Assembly (NCBI GenBank): GCA_964016885.1 | Contig: OZ024740.1 | Coordinates: forward strand, 352,470,001 to 352,534,000 | From: Eledone cirrhosa | Lineage: Eukaryota | Direction: 5' to 3' | DNA length: 64,000 nucleotides | Shown here: positions 1 through 14,370 of the stretch, in pieces | How positions within the stretch are numbered: position 1 is the stretch's first letter | Layout of the letters: every line of letters starts with the position of its first letter | Made by a program: the position numbers and the translations under genes | The notes under the pieces: generated by a model | Seen by the model: only the letters and a program-made list of their open reading frames with translations | Databases searched by the model: none | Told to the model about the DNA's origin: nothing

Positions 1-2510
1 GCCAATGTGGACATGGACAAACCGCATCGGGTCATCCAGATCATATCTAGATAGGGTATTTTGTAGGGAAATAGATAGGTCTAGCATAGGCTGTTCACAT
101 TTCAAAATAGTCGACTACACGGACCACAAATTCGTGATCTGTGAGGTTGACTTAGATAGGTTCATAGACAGGGACCCCCGCTACTGGAAGCTGAACGCGT
201 CATTGACAGCACGCAAGGCCTACAGAGACCGGATTAGCGAATTAGTTAGCGAGCGTTGACGGGGACCATCGTCGACAACAAATGGTGGTTTGCTCTGAAA
301 AGAGCGATTAGAATAGAGTCCATTACGTTTAGTAAGGTTTTAGCAATAGAGAAAAATAGAGCAGAAGGAGAACTAGTTAGAAAATTAGACGAGGCGCTTA
401 GTAAAGGCATCGTGACTGACGTACTTGCGGCGAAATTGGCCCTTGATTAATTCTTCAATGCAAAGCACGAAGGGTGCGTGCTCTCAGACACGAGGGGATG
501 AAAGCCGTTCAATGGGCCCGAGTGGCGGAGGCGCGTCGTGGCAACAAAGCCAAGGATCCGGTCTTTGGTGGACCACGACGGGCGCATGCTACTCGATCCC
601 GGGCAAATGTGTGAAGCTTTTCAGCGACACTTCGCTCAGCTGTTCGGGGGCAGCGGCAGGCCGGATCGAGAGATGGACTTTAGTGTCTACCTCGACGGAG
701 TGTTGCAAAAAACCGATAACAGCCGCTGAAGTACGGGAGGCAGTGACTGGCTGCACAAGGGGTAAATCGCCTGGTTTGGATGGTCTGCCCTATGAACTTT
801 ACGTACAGATGCCAGACTTGTTCGGAGGCTTCTTTGCGGACGTCTACTTCAACTGGCAACAGAATGGGAGAATTCCCAGCTCTGTGAGCCGAGGAGCGGT
901 GGCGCTGCTGAGAAAGGATCCGAAAAAGGGGGATCACATAGATAATTTCAGGCCCATAACTCTGTTCAATATTTTGGCCAAGGTGCTAGCAAAGAGGTTG
1001 GCGCTTGTCGTTGGTTGTATGGTGGGAGAGGCGCAGACATGCGCCATTCCAGACTGATCTATCCACGACAACCTCCACCTCATGCGATACATTGTGGAGA
1101 GGGTACCTAGGGAACTTGGCACGGGTGGGTCCTTGATCAATTTAGATCAGTCGAAAGCTTTCGATAGGGTCAACCATCTTTATATGGCGGCAGTCCTGAG
1201 GGCGGCTGGCTTTGGGCCCGTCTTCAGAGGCTGGATCACTGCCACGCACAGCGACATCTGCTCTGTGGTGAGAGTGAATGGTCTCCTTTCGGAACCGTTC
1301 AACATCATGTACTCGGTCCGCCAAGGATGTCCCCTCTTGTACGTATTGACTCTCGTGCCATTACTGCACAAACTGGAGACGTGGGAGGTCCCGCAAGAAC
1401 TAGGATGCGGAAGATCCATGTCAGCATATGCGGACGATGTCACCGTAGTGGTGTCGAACCCCAAACACATCGAGGTGATCGGCACTACACTAAGAGAATA
1501 CGAAGCGGTGACAGGAGCAATGACCAACCAGGAAAAGTCGGTGGGCTTGCAGTTCGGCACCTGGAGAGGCAGGTCCATGCCGTCCAACAGCGTCGTCTGG
1601 CGCTGGACGGACGGACCGGTTAAATTGCAAGGGGTCAAAAAATTGCTAGACGGATAAAAACTGGGATGAGGTGACGAGTAGGGTGGCTTCTCTCACCCAG
1701 AAATGGGCGGAGAGGAAGCTATCCCTGAAAGGTCGAGCGGAGGTGGCGAACACGTACTTCGCGTCCGTCATCTACTACCGCCGAACCTTCGTGCCTTGTC
1801 CTAAGCCTCGCCTGACTGCGCTGGAGCGTTTGCTCTTTCGCTTTTTGTGGAAGGGACGCACTCCAATGGTCAGGCGGTTCATCTGCTGTCAACACTCATT
1901 ACGTGGAGGGCTGGGCATGCCGTGGCTGATGATGTGCGAAAATCTGCTGTCGCGTGTAGGACGGATCCGGCTATCAGCTGAGTCCATCGTGAGGATTGCC
2001 CCGCCCTCTTCCTTTAGCCGGGAAGGGCAGGCAGTTTTTATCTGTTTGGTGGCCATGGCGAAAGAGATAGTATGGTGGATGCGTTTGAAAGGGCTGAAGA
2101 CGAGCACTTACCTCTTCGGTGATGCCCTGATTAACTTTTTCAAATTACATTTGAAAAGGAAAATCAGGGTAGAGAGGGAAGTGCTCTCTTCCCAGCATTT
2201 TGTTGAAAGATGGGTGAGAGAGGCAAGAATGGGCCTACTCTGATTATGTGCCTGTAAATTATAGGTGGAAAACTGGGAGAGAGCACTTGCCCTGGTGGTC
2301 AAGGTCACCATGGCTTTTTTAATGGGCTTTCTCCACGAATGTCCCTCCTATTGGGGAATTTTTCATTGTTTCTTTTCTGTTACATCCTCTGTTTTTTTTT
2401 GTTTTTTATTTTACTTGCAGAAATGCCCATTTGTACTATCTTATACTGTCCTTAATGTCTTACTTTGTGTAAACCCTTGTGGTTAATAAAGAAATCATTA
2501 TTATTATTAT
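1..2510 (+). mobile_element. Decayed L1/Tx1-clade non-LTR retrotransposon (end of APE endonuclease, RT, C-terminal region, 3' tail); begins before the window
   Basis: Frameshifted ORF pieces carry YLDRVF/TDHK (endonuclease end), WKLNASL, KSPGLDGLPYELY, NFRPITL, LDQSKAFDRV, VRQGCP, YADD, LSLKGR and RGGLG. It ends in aataaa plus a (tta)n tail near 2486-2510. Confidence 0.9.
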
Positions 2511-2517
2511 AGGATGA

Positions 2518-2712
2518 TAGGTGGTGGGTTGGCAGAATCGGTAGAGCGTTGGATACCATGCTTTGTAGCATAGTTATGGCCCTTTACATTCTGGGTTCAA
2601 ATTCCGTCAAGGTTAACTTTGCCTTTCATCCTTGTGAGGTAGATAAAATAAAGTACCAGTAATGCACTGGGATAATTGCTGGCCTTGTGCCAAAAGTAGA
2701 AAATTAATTATT
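2518..2712 (+). mobile_element. tRNA-derived SINE with MetaSINE-like central domain
   Basis: A-box tggcagaatcggt, B-box ggttcaaattcc, then gcctttcatcc...gataaaataaagtaccag. Related copies lie at 27236, 28797 and 34640 (-). Confidence 0.8.
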
Positions 2713-4170
2713 ACAGGATGTTAAGGGTTTAGAGAGCCTATGAATTAAACATTTTTTTTTTTTGTCCTCCCCCTCCACGAAAAATCTTTACTTTAACTAT
2801 CCTCCATCAATTTTCCCCCCAGTAATTTAAGAAAATATTTCTTAAATTGTTTGCATTCTTATTTATTCCTTTATATTTATTTATTCTGTTATGACTAATT
2901 AAAGACTTTTTGTTGGGGTTGTAGTAGAGTCAATCTAGTCCTGGAGCTCCTATCATTAAAACCTCATAGGAGACCAGCTACACCTACATAGGTGTAAGCT
3001 CTAAATTCCTATTTTTTTCCAGTCTAGCATGTCACCATATTTAGCATTATAGTAGTTTATCAACATTGTGAAAGCTTGTGAACAAATGTTGACAAAAAGG
3101 ATAGATACAAAATAAAACGAATTACTGAGTTGTTTGTCTTCGTAAAAAAACAAAACACATGAAAACTATGCTTGGTCCTGAATGATGATCATAAATACTG
3201 TCTTATAAGTTGCAGCAGTGAAGTTTCATTTCCTTCTCTAGGCCTTATAAAAAAAAAAAAATGTTTAAACTTCCTTGGGGGAAATATCTTGCATTATCAC
3301 ATTCATTTAGTCCAGGGGGTGTTAACAGCAGAAAAATATAGCAAAATTTAAAGTATCCCTTAGAAAGTTTGAAAATATTTCCTTTCAGAAATAAAATAAT
3401 TCGTAATTTTTTAATGTTGCAGTTAGGGTAGTGGCCAGTTGAGAAGCAATGAAAGAAGTTTGATTGCTATACTTTCTGTTTTTCTTTATATACAGCTGCC
3501 ATTGTAAGTAATAATATGATGGTGTGTAACAGCTGTTGTAAGTCCAATTGGGTCAACTTTGCAGTCCCCCATTTGGGAATAAACAGTTGGTCTGATTGAT
3601 CCAACAATCAGCACTGAAAATTACATTGAAGCATTAGCTAGAATGATCCTGATCTTCTCCCACCCCCATTTACCTACATTTGCAAGTTTTAATATCTTTC
3701 CATTTTCCCTACTTTCTTGTTTTATATTCAATATTGCTACTTTGAGTATCACCAACTAGTTCTTGCTAGAAGTTTTCTTTTAGTGTACTATATTTTATGT
3801 TTAAAATTCTGAACAGTTTTAACACCTTTGATATCAAACTACGTGAAACTGATCCTGGGTTTATGATACAAAACTGCTTATTTTAAAACGTTTGTCCTTA
3901 TATTAAGTCTAACCCATGCTAGTGTGGAAGATAGACGTTAAACGATGATGATAATTAAAACCATTCATGATAATTTTATTTTAGAAATTTTTCTTTAGTA
4001 ATGTCCTAAAAATCAGCCTACAAATGAAAAACTTAGTTACTTTATTAAATTCTTCCAAATGTTTGGTTATTTTCAAAATTAATCGAAGCACATAGGCAGT
4101 GTATTTCATTAGAAATGCAGTAATAAAAGGGTTAACTTGTGATTAAACATGATAAACTTCATTTAATCAT

Positions 4171-4694
4171 TAACCCTTTAGCATTTAAACCGGCTGTATC
4201 CGGCCAGAATTTTCTCACCTCTTTCTGGCTGTAACTGGCCGCTCATACTGACATTAAAGTATTGTTCTCAAAATAAATAACATCAAAATTTCATAGATTC
4301 GATATTATGTAAGATAAAGCCTTTACCACAAAAATACAATAGTATATATAGAGTAATGTAAATGCTGAAGAGTTAAGTGATATTTGAGTCTGAAAAGACA
4401 AGTTTTCAATAATTTTTTTATTGCAGCTGCTTTTCATTTTAAGTAAATAAATCTGCTCAGAGAAATTTAACCCTTTAGCATTTAAACCAGCCATAACCAG
4501 CCAGAATTCCCTCACCTTTTTCTGTTCAAACTGGCTGTAACTAGCCACTCATACTTAGGTTAAGGTATTGTTCTCAAAATAAATAATACCAAAATCTCAT
4601 AGATTCAATATTATGTGAGATATTATCTAAGATAAAGCCTTTACTGAGAAAATACAATAGTATATATAAAGTAATGTAAATGCTAAAGGGTTAA
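4171..4694. mobile_element. Two adjacent piggyBac-type MITEs (about 4171-4376 and 4467-4694)
   Basis: TTAA|CCCTTTAGCATTTA...TAAATGCTAAAGGG|TTAA termini (the first copy's right end is slightly diverged). The same family occurs near 10284, 36677 and 43525. Confidence 0.75.
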
Positions 4695-5560
4695 GTGTTA
4701 CACTAAGCAAATTAAATCGAGTATTGAGGTTTTATCAATTATTTGACTGGGCTTTCTGTCTTCACTGTGATTAGGTGCAACATATTCTAACATCATTTCT
4801 ACAGAATCAAATACTACATTGATGTAGTGTGATGCAGTTGTTGTCCGAAACCTGATTGAACAAAGCAGTAAATATATGGACTGCAAATATTAAATATTAA
4901 AATAGAAAATGGATTACTAACCATGGGGAGGCTGAGCAATGATCATGTCTTAAAATTGTCTGCAAAAGTTTATATTTCATTGCATGAATATAATACTTAT
5001 CATCATCATCATTTAGCATCTGTTTTCCCTGCCAGCAAAAATTGTATGTGTTATCACATACCAGTTAGTATTCAAGCTGAATCACTGACCTCGAAGTAGG
5101 TCAGAGGCACGACATACAATCCCATGCTGTACTGAGTGTATTTTATCGTGGTATCAACACTAGAAATATTGTCATGTCCTTGGACAATTGAAAGGTTTTC
5201 CAAACCCTTTGTTCAGCATTTTTTTAATGGTTGGATGCCCTTTCAATCAACAACACTAGGGAGATTGTCGTGCCCTTGACACAACTAAAGGGTTCTCTTG
5301 ATCCTTTTGGCATGGTTACTCCAGCAGGTTGCCCTTCCTATTAATGTGTACTGGGGGCATTCTTGTGGTACTGGTACTTGAGAGGTTGTCAATCATTGAT
5401 TTAACTGAAGGGCCCTCTCTTCCGCGGGGTGGCAATGAAGGGTATGCCATGGGCGTGTACCAAGAGTGAGGAGATTTGACAGGGTAAAGGGTGGTGAGGG
5501 GGAGGAGTGACCTCTGGCGCTGCGTGGAGATACTATGATAATAGATAATAGAAACTGGTT

Positions 5561-7098
5561 GCACGCATCATCAATCAGACTATATACGGCAGGATCATAC
5601 CCAAAGACTGGTGCAGCAGTATTCTCATAAATTGCTACAAAGGTAAAGGGGATGCTCTGGAGAGGAGCAATTACAGGGGCATAAAAAACTGATGGATCAG
5701 GTCATGAAAGTGGCAGAAAGGATATTAGCACAACTAATTAGAGAAAGGGTCAACCTAGATGAGATGCAGTTTGGTTTTGTGCCTGGGAAAAGTACAACGG
5801 ATGCCCTTTTCTTAGTGAGACAATTACAAGAGAATTTCTTAGAGAAGAAAGCCACTATACTTAACTTTTGTTGACCTAGAGAAGGCCTTTGATAGAGTAC
5901 CCCGATCTGTCAACTGGTGGTCCCTAAGGAAGCTGGGTGTTGAGGAATGGCTTGTGAGGACAGTGCAAGCTTTGTACAGAGGTGCTGTCAGTAAAGTGAT
6001 GGTAGGAATGGAGTTTAGTGAAGAATTCCAGATACAAGTAGGAGTACATCAGGGTTCAGTCCTCAGCCCGCTCTTGTTCATTATAGTCCTCCAAGCCATA
6101 ACAGAGGAGTTTAAGACTGGCTGTTAATGGGAACTTCTCTATGCTGACGATCTGGTTCTTATAGCAGAATCGGTAGAGGAGCTGGAGAATAGATTCTGGC
6201 TATGGAAACAGCAGTTGAAATCAAGAGGACTGAGAGTGAACCTAGCTAAGACAGAAGTGTTGATGAGTAGAAAAGAGGACAAAACTCTGATTCCATCAGG
6301 GAAATGGCCATGTTCGATATGCAAAATAGGAACTGGCATAAATTCTATAAAATGTACACAATGCAGATCTTGGGTATACAGGAGATGTAGTGGGATAGCA
6401 GGCAAACTAACAGGTAGGGAGAAATACGTATGCAGTAGATGTACAGGGAACTTTGACAGTAGAAGTCGCATTGATAGACACATTTTTCAAATGCAGGTGG
6501 GTGCTATAGAAGTGGTTTATAGCTTCCGGTACCTAGGTGATCAGATTAGCATGGGAGGGGAGTGTTCCGAGGCCATAGTATCTAGAATAAGGTTGGGTTG
6601 GAAGAAGTTTAGGGAGCTGCTGACGAAGAAGGGTTTCTCCCTACGAACGAAAGGCCGGTTATATGATGCCTGTGTGAGGTGCGCGATGCTGCATGGTAGT
6701 GAGACATGGGCAGCAACTGCAGAGGATATGCGACAGCTGGAGAGAAATGAGGCAAACATGCTCCATTGGATGTGCAATGTGCGTGAATGGCCGAGCATGG
6801 ATGTGTTGAGAGAGAAACTGTGTCTGAGAGGGATAAATTGTTGTGTGCGGGAGAGGAGACTGCGATGGTATGGGCATGTGATGCGCATGGAGGATGACCG
6901 ATGGGTGAAGAAGTGCCAAGAAATACCAGTTGAAGGAAGACGACGAAAAACATGGGCGGAGTTGGTGAGAGCGGACTTCAGATCGCTGAAGCTCACGGTG
7001 GAGATGACAAAGGACCGTGACAAGTGGAGAGATGCTGTGCTGAATAGGACCCGTCCAACCCTTGCAAGCAGGGAAAAGCGGACGTAAAATGATGATGA
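5561..7098 (+). mobile_element. 5'-truncated RTE-clade LINE (RT, Cys-rich insert, C-terminus), disrupted
   Basis: NYRGIK, QFGFVPGKSTTDA, DLEKAFD, GVHQGSVLSP, YADD, LHGSETWA and RRLRWYGHV, with frameshifts and stops. It ends cccttgcaagcagggaaaagcggacgtaaaa(tga)n. Confidence 0.9.
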
Positions 7099-8074
7099 GG
7101 TGGGTGGGTATCCAGAGTAGAATGGGATGTTGAGTGGTGACCCAGGATAAAGTGTAGCTGTTAGGATTTACGTGAGTGAGGAGTGATTCTGGATAGAGTA
7201 TATGTGGGGTGTACTGTGAGGCTGAGAAAAGCTACTATGTGTGGCAGTTTGTGGGCAGGGAGGGGCATAGAAGGGGTAATAGTGAGGCCTAGAATAGCTA
7301 CGACTCACCTGGACATTTATGAGGAGGGGGATAAAAGAGCAGAGTGTGCTATGATTATGAAGGTGGCTACTAGGGGTTGATGTTGGGAAGTGACAGAGGG
7401 ACATATTGGATGGGATCAAGTCAGGTTGAGTTTTAAGCTGGTAGGTAGGTCTTCACCAACATAGCATGTTTTCAATTCTCTCAGTTCTCTGTCATCTTCG
7501 TTGTGAAGCACAGCTTTGACAAGTTGATCATATAAACCCCTGGAGATGAAAAAAATTGGATAGTGTTTCCCATGGGTGGCGTTGTGTATTATTTGCTTAT
7601 CAACCATAGTAATCCATTTACTTTCGAGATAAACCGTTTCACATTTGGATTATGTATATAATCATCTCTACCAAGTGTTTGTATCTTTATATATACACAT
7701 GCAAGTCATATTGGATTTTTCTAGTAACAGCATGTTATTTAGACTATAATGTATTTTTAACCTTCTCTGAGTTGTACTTGTCTGGAAAGTGATTTAATCT
7801 GATACTGTGTGTTGAAACTAAAGAAACACAGAGGAAGAATCTTAGCCATTCTAATACACACAAAAACTGTTAAATTAACTTTTACATTTATCCTTTCTTG
7901 ATGTCAAAATTTTCATTGCACTGTTTGCAACCTGACTATGTTCCACTGCATATCACTGCTGTAAAAATGTTGATGCCAAGAAATAAATGATAAATGTAAA
8001 GTGGAAAATATGCTATCTATAACTTGATGTTAAAATGAACTTGTGAATAATATCATTTCTTGTTGAATCTGCAG

Positions 8075-8127
8075 GTACAAATCAGAATTTATGAATATTG
8101 AGTTCTCAGGCTTTTTTGATAAACAAG
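8075..8127 (+). CDS. SUZ12: SUZ12 internal exon (YKSEFMNIEFSGFFDKQ); first exon seen in the window
   Basis: cag|...|gtaagt, phase 2 to 1. It matches the SUZ12 LQLTFTGFFHK segment and joins in frame to the next exon. Confidence 0.8.
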
Positions 8128-8935
8128 GTAAGTTTATGTAATTTATTATAGTTATTTTAATTGTTGTAATAATAATTACATTATTCTCTGTGGCTGATTG
8201 TTGAGGCACAAGTAAGATCTTAACTCTTGATTCTACAAAACAAAACTGTTTTTAAAGTGTTTATATATATATATATATCTAAAAACCTTTAATTTTAATT
8301 TTATATAAGAACCAATGTTAAGTTATGCTCCAAACATTATATAAATCATGAAAATAATATCACTAAATCCCTTTAAATACTAGATAATGTTCAAAATTAT
8401 TAGAAAATCATAAGCAACATTTTTCATTAGAAATATTGTAACAAAAGGGTTAATGATTCCAAAGAGAGTGTTCTGGGGTGGTTTCATGCTACCATCTCTG
8501 AGGTCTCTGGAATGATATCATCTCAGTAAAGCAAGCTAACAAAACATTTAAATTATACAATTTCCTGCTGCTTATATCAGTGGTCAGTACCTTCACATAA
8601 CAGCTGATAGGTGAACTAGTCCATTTAGAGATAGGTTTATACCTGCAATCACACAACAGCATAGATGTCCTATATATATACAGAGTTTTAAGTCAGCAGG
8701 TGTGTGCTCTAGTGACTCAATCAGCTGCTAATAATAAACTGTTTTTTTTTTCTTCTCTGTTACATTGTTATATATTGTTTTGTATTATATTATTGTGTTG
8801 GCTTTTATTTATTGGGGTGGGGGAATCAATTTGTTTAATCATATGGTTATGTATTGAGCATATTTTTCTGTTGGCAAAAATATAGTAGTTTTATTGTAGT
8901 TTTACTGTGTGGAGGAGGGGGGGGGGTACACTATA

Positions 8936-9068
8936 TGAGGGGATGCTGAAAAGTTCCTGGCTGATCGCTGCTACAGAGACCTGGTTGGAGTGCCAACTTT
9001 TCTAGCCCTTAACTGATCCTCCTGTATTTTCTTTTACCCAAACCCAAGAACTTTTCAGCATCCTCTCA
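8936..9068. mobile_element. Mariner/Tc1-type MITE
   Basis: TA-flanked TIRs tgaggggatgctgaaaagttcctgg / ccaagaacttttcagcatcctctca. Confidence 0.75.
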
Positions 9069-10892
9069 TATGTGTACTTTCTATACTTAAATTTCAGGCC
9101 AGGTCTTTTGTCTTTCATTTGAAATTCGATCCTAAAATAGGGGGGGATATCATATTTTCAATTTTAAAAAGTATCTTATTTAGTAAGGGCTCAAATATAA
9201 AGTGTTTTTTTTTTTTGTTTTTGTTTTTTAATCCAGTTGTGTGAGTGAAATAGCAGAATATATATATAAGAAAGATGCAAGACTTAAGACTTGGGAAGAA
9301 GTAAGGTCTGATCTCAGGAGGTTTGGCCTTCTATGATGGAAAAATAATGAGAGGATATGCTTATTACTAGAATGCCTTATATATTTGAGAAATAGTTGAT
9401 CTTATATAAAAGTCAACCCCCTATTTTTTACCCAAAAATCTGGAATTTTCCATAGACTTCATATAAAAGTCGACCCTAGTATTTCACAGATAACAAGTCT
9501 ACATTTGTGGGGCAAGGTATCATCCTGTATGTAGAAATGCTATTACAAAATCATCGTGTATTTAAGGCAAATTTATATTATTGCAAATACATGTTTGAAA
9601 CTAAAAATTTACCCAAATGTGTGCCTACCTTACTCTAGCTGGAATGCTTGGTACCTATAGTAAAATACCATATAATAGCGAGCATTACACATCTGTTGAT
9701 GTATAAGTAATATTACTGTAATTCATTGTTTTTGTTTTTATTCATTTATAGATCAGTTAGGGTTCTACTACTGATAGGGAATTTTGGATTCTAGCTTGAA
9801 CTTCAAGCCCCTCAAAAGTAATAGTTGACCCCCCATAAAAAATTTGACATTGATACAAGTATATACAGTATTTCTGAAAGGAAGATGCTTTGGGTTTAGG
9901 ATTCATAACTAAGGCAAGTTGTTGTGGTTGACCCAATTGATGTTTGTTCAGTGCTGCAATGCAAGTGGTAGATTGGTTTCAATTCAAATTGATTTGAGAT
10001 TCAAAATTTCTTGAAAGAACATATCTATTCAGACTGTTCCTTGGGCTAGTTTGGTAGAGCAGATTGCATTCCTTTGGGAATATGGTTCCAAATTGAAAAT
10101 ACTACTACATTGGAACTTAACTGGTTTGTAATGGTGTTGTTTGTCACATTTACCTACATAATAAATTCATCCTCTAGGTATCATCATCACCGTTTTATCT
10201 CCGTTTTCCACACTAGCATGGGTTTAAATATGTATAGATATATATAATTTTGTTGTTGAATAATTAACCATGGTCAGCTTTTATTAACCCTTTAGCATTT
10301 ACATTATTCTATATTTACTATTGTATTTTCACAGTAAAGGCTTTACCTTACATAATTATCTCGCGTAATATCAAATCTATGAGATTTTGATGTTATTCAT
10401 TTTGAGAACAATACCTTAATGTAGGTATGAGTAGCCAGTTACAGCTGGTTTGAACAGAAAGAGGTGAGTTCTGGCTGGATACAGGTTTAAGCAGACCTGT
10501 GGCATAAAAGTTACTGATAGAATGAACACTTGAGTAACTCATAAATACTTGGGGGTGGAGAGGGACAGATGTTCATGTTACTATTTAGCAAAGTAATTGT
10601 TTTTCTTTAAATCATTGTCTTAACTCTTTTGGTACCAAATGTTTTATGTTCCCAACCTCAGTTTAATGAGAAAATTATCTTATTAAATCCCTCCAAATTC
10701 TTAATTATTTTCAAAACTGATTAAAGATAATAGGCATTATATTTCATTAGAAATATGGTTATGAAAGGGTTAACAAAATTGAAAATTTCTTGTTAAGAAT
10801 TCAATTTTGATATATGACATGAAGTTTATAAGGTATTTTCATAAGGATCTATTAATATACTATAATATTTGCCACAATGGTCTTAATTGCAG

Positions 10893-10960
10893 CTTCTTCA
10901 GATGTTGAAACTGTTGAAGTAGAAGTTTTGTTGCTAAAAATTTGTCATAAAAAACGAAAG
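10893..10960 (+). CDS. SUZ12: SUZ12 exon (ASSDVETVEVEVLLLKICHKKRK)
   Basis: cag|...|gtatgt, phase 1 to 0. It carries the conserved EVLL.K.CHKKRK motif. Confidence 0.93.
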
Positions 10961-11845
10961 GTATGTAATTGTTATTTGTATTTTCAAATTTATATTTTCT
11001 TTTTTGTTCTTAGTATAGTCTGTAAATATATTTCCATTTTCTATTTGAAAATTACAATTTTTCAAAACGAAAATTCATTAAGCTAATCATCATACAAGTA
11101 GTATACTAAGAATATACTTACTAAATATCTCAAAGGCTGTGGAAATTGTCTGAGAAAAGTGTTCTTTAATAAACTTCAGATAGGATTTGTGTTTAGGCAT
11201 GTTTGTTCTTAAGAATTTCACTTTCCAACTATGGATCTGGAGTTACAATGAGTATGTGTCTTCTACCATATCCTCAAGTCAACAAAAGTAAAATTTAGTA
11301 GATGGATACTGTGAGGAAACTTGTATTATGTGTATCTTATGTTGATATACATCAGTGAAAGATGTACACCTCAATGAGAAAACTGATAAACCTGTGTATT
11401 TGAACATATTTATTCTGTCTCAGCTGAGCAGATATTTCTTTGACAATTTTGTCATCTAAAGTGCAGTAAACCAGTAAATGGCCTATTAAAAGTTAGTCTA
11501 TCCCAAGCCTGGAGGTTCATCAGGCTGGTGCTTATCCTGATTTCATCAGCGCTAAGCAACTGAGAGTGCAAGACTTTCTGTTGGATAGGACACCAGTTCC
11601 TTGTAAAGCTAACCTCCAGTTCATGCTGCTACTCATTTTCAGCTGAGTATATTGGAGCAGCCTGAAATGAAGTATTTTGCTTAAGAACACAATGAACCAT
11701 TCTGTCCAGGAATCAAACTCAACACCTTAACCACTAGGCCACACACCTTCATGTGGCTTATTAGAAACCTATAGTTAATGACACTATTATTTACAAATTC
11801 TATGATGTAAAATAGATAAGCAGTAGCACGGATAGCTAAAATGAA

Positions 11846-11876
<31 letters not shown>

Positions 11877-12029
11877 GATGTCATAACTGGAGATATTGAG
11901 CTTAACTGAATTCTCATTCTCCAGTCATAGAAAATAATAATACAAAATATATAATATAGTGTACCTTTAGTAATGCATTGTTGCGAAGAAGAGAAACCTC
12001 AGCTACAAAACACTATTATGAATAACATC

Positions 12030-12303
12030 GAGGCCGAAACAAATGAGATCGTGTAGGTGTCACGACAAAAAAACACACAGTCCACGCTGTAATGTGGCCG
12101 TGTAGGCAACACGGTAAAAGCCTCCCAGACCCACACTGTAAATGTGGTTGGTGTTAGGAAGGGCATCCAACTGTAGAAAACCTGCCAGACAGTCCTATGC
12201 GAGCAAGACAATCACTCTTGCCTCAAGTGGGACTACCCCCGTCCAAACCCATGCAAGCGTGGAACACGGACGTTAAACGTTGATGATGATGATGATGATG
12301 ATC
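12030..12303 (+). mobile_element. 3'-UTR fragment of the young RTE family
   Basis: Nearly identical to 41847-42118 and ends in (gat)n. Confidence 0.85.
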
Positions 12304-12588
12304 CATAAACACTTTATAGTGTTCTTCATCACAGCTTAACATCTATTTTCCATTGCATGGGTTAGACAATTTATGTACTGAGGATAGATTGGTCAGGTGA
12401 CCACATCTTGCTTATATGATCTGTTTTTGACTTGGTTTCTATGGCTGGATGCCAACCCTAAGTGGGTGTAGGGAGCACATCTTTCCTCCATGTTAACATA
12501 GGTTGAACAAGGAAGGTGAATTGGGGATGTGGGAATAATTCAAGCATTTATATAATTATTACTCTTATTATTTTGTTTATTCCTGTAG

Positions 12589-12835
12589 GATGTGACCTCT
12601 CCCATAAAACAAACTAAGCTTGGCAAAGTTGAAGTGCCTCTGAATCCACACAATTTGGACTCATCTATACAACCTGCTGCCAACAATTCAGAACCCATAT
12701 CCATTTCTCATGAACAATTTCACCACAACAATGGGCATGCTGTGAAGTCTTATGTTCTGGTGTTGCGGGTCCGGTGCCCAGTAAAGAGATATCTCTCTAA
12801 TGGTTTATGTAATGGAGACATTTTAGATGGACCAG
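12589..12835 (+). CDS. SUZ12: SUZ12 exon (DVTSPIKQ...VPLNP...HAVKSYVLVLRV...DGP)
   Basis: tag|...|gtaaga, phase 0 to 1. It is homologous to SUZ12 DVSCPIRQ...VPLNP...HMVKSY. Confidence 0.93.
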
Positions 12836-14161
12836 GTAAGAGTTGAATGCTTTCATTATATTGTGTTTTAAGAAGTGAAGGTGTAAACTATGGTACATAA
12901 TTTAACCTCTTTGATACCAAGCTATCTCTGATACTGAGTTGTTTATTTTAAAGTGTTTATCAATCATAATTTTATGCAAGAACATTTGTTATGTTCCATA
13001 CATCAGAATATTAATGAGAAAGTCGGTTATCCCTTGATTATTTTCAAAATTATTGGAGAATCATGATTATTTTCAAAATTATTTGAGAATGATAGGCAGT
13101 ATCTTTCATTAGAAATATGTTAATGAAAGGGTTATGGTTTGAGTTTAGATAGTATATATTTTCACAGTGACTTAGATAATAAACAATTTCCTTATATGTA
13201 GGTCAAAGACTCAATTTAGACATAGGATGTTTACACAAATATCTTGGGCAACATACATGTTATGACTTGTCTCTATCTAGATTTAAAATAAATAAACTCT
13301 TCCAATGTTAACTGAATGGTTAATGTTATTATGAAGGACAATTTGTAAAGTATTTTATATTAATGGAGCGTGGAACCAGCAGATAAGACATGCTTTTCCA
13401 GGCTGGTGGTATAGTTTTACCATTAGACCATCAAATATATGCATTCTGATCTGTTAGCTGAACGGATCGTAAAACAATAATAGCTACCCAACCTTGTTCT
13501 CTTACTCTTTCATTGTTCAACATTGTGTATAAAAATTGTTTTTCACCAACTGTTAGAGACTTACAAATTAGGTGTGCATCTTTGAGTTCCATAGCATTAT
13601 GTATCTGAGAGATCAATCTCCTACTGGATAGAAACCAGTTTATCTGGGGTTACATTTTCAAAAGGTAAAATATACCTGTTCCCTTCAGTTTACTAATCAA
13701 GTTACATGAAATTAAGTATTCTACCCCAAGACAACAGAATTTCTACAGCAGATAGGAGCTTAGGACTTAACATCCTATAATGATTTAGCAGAAAATTTCT
13801 AAAAATGGGTTTGTCAATTTAAATCTTAATAGCATCTTTACTACTCGACTAACATTGTGGAAATTTCTAGTATTAAAGACTTGAACTATTAATGTGAATA
13901 AGTCATAGTGTCTTGTATTTTTCAAGAATGTTTTGATAAGGCAGCTTTATGTGATACAAGATATTAAGATTTGCTTCTGTATTCATTTAGCAGCTTCACA
14001 CCTAACAATATGTGATTAAATAAAGTTGTCTATTCATGTTATAATACTATGCAATTAAAAAACAAAAATTGTATGGAAATAAGCTGTAGGGATTTTGTTA
14101 AATTCAGTAGTGTTTTATTAAACGGGAAATTCATGTTAGCATTGCCATGAAATTATTTCAG

Positions 14162-14370
14162 ATGAGCCTCCGCACAAAAGGAGAAAAAATGGAAAAATGT
14201 CTCCATTTGAAGAAGATGTAGTTTTGTATGGTTCTGAGCTGGCCATCTATGACAAACACAAACGGTGTCAGATGATTGACGGTGATTATGAACTCTCCCT
14301 ACAGGATCTTGGTTCAAAAATCTCTCCAAAGAAAAATGCAGCAAATTGGGAGACAATAGTGGATGGTAAG
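14162..14370 (+). CDS. SUZ12: SUZ12 exon (DEPPHKRRK...YDKHKRCQMIDGDYEL...WETIVDGK)
   Basis: cag|...|gtaagc, phase 1 to 0. It matches FDKNRRLQLLDGEYE and WETILDGK. Confidence 0.94.

Noticed and set aside
1921-1950. ctgatga...gaaa hammerhead-like core
   Set aside because: It has no stem I, II or III pairing and lies in the Tx1-like coding remnant.
2518-2610. tRNA gene
   Set aside because: The A and B boxes belong to a SINE head with a SINE body and several dispersed copies, and there is no cloverleaf.
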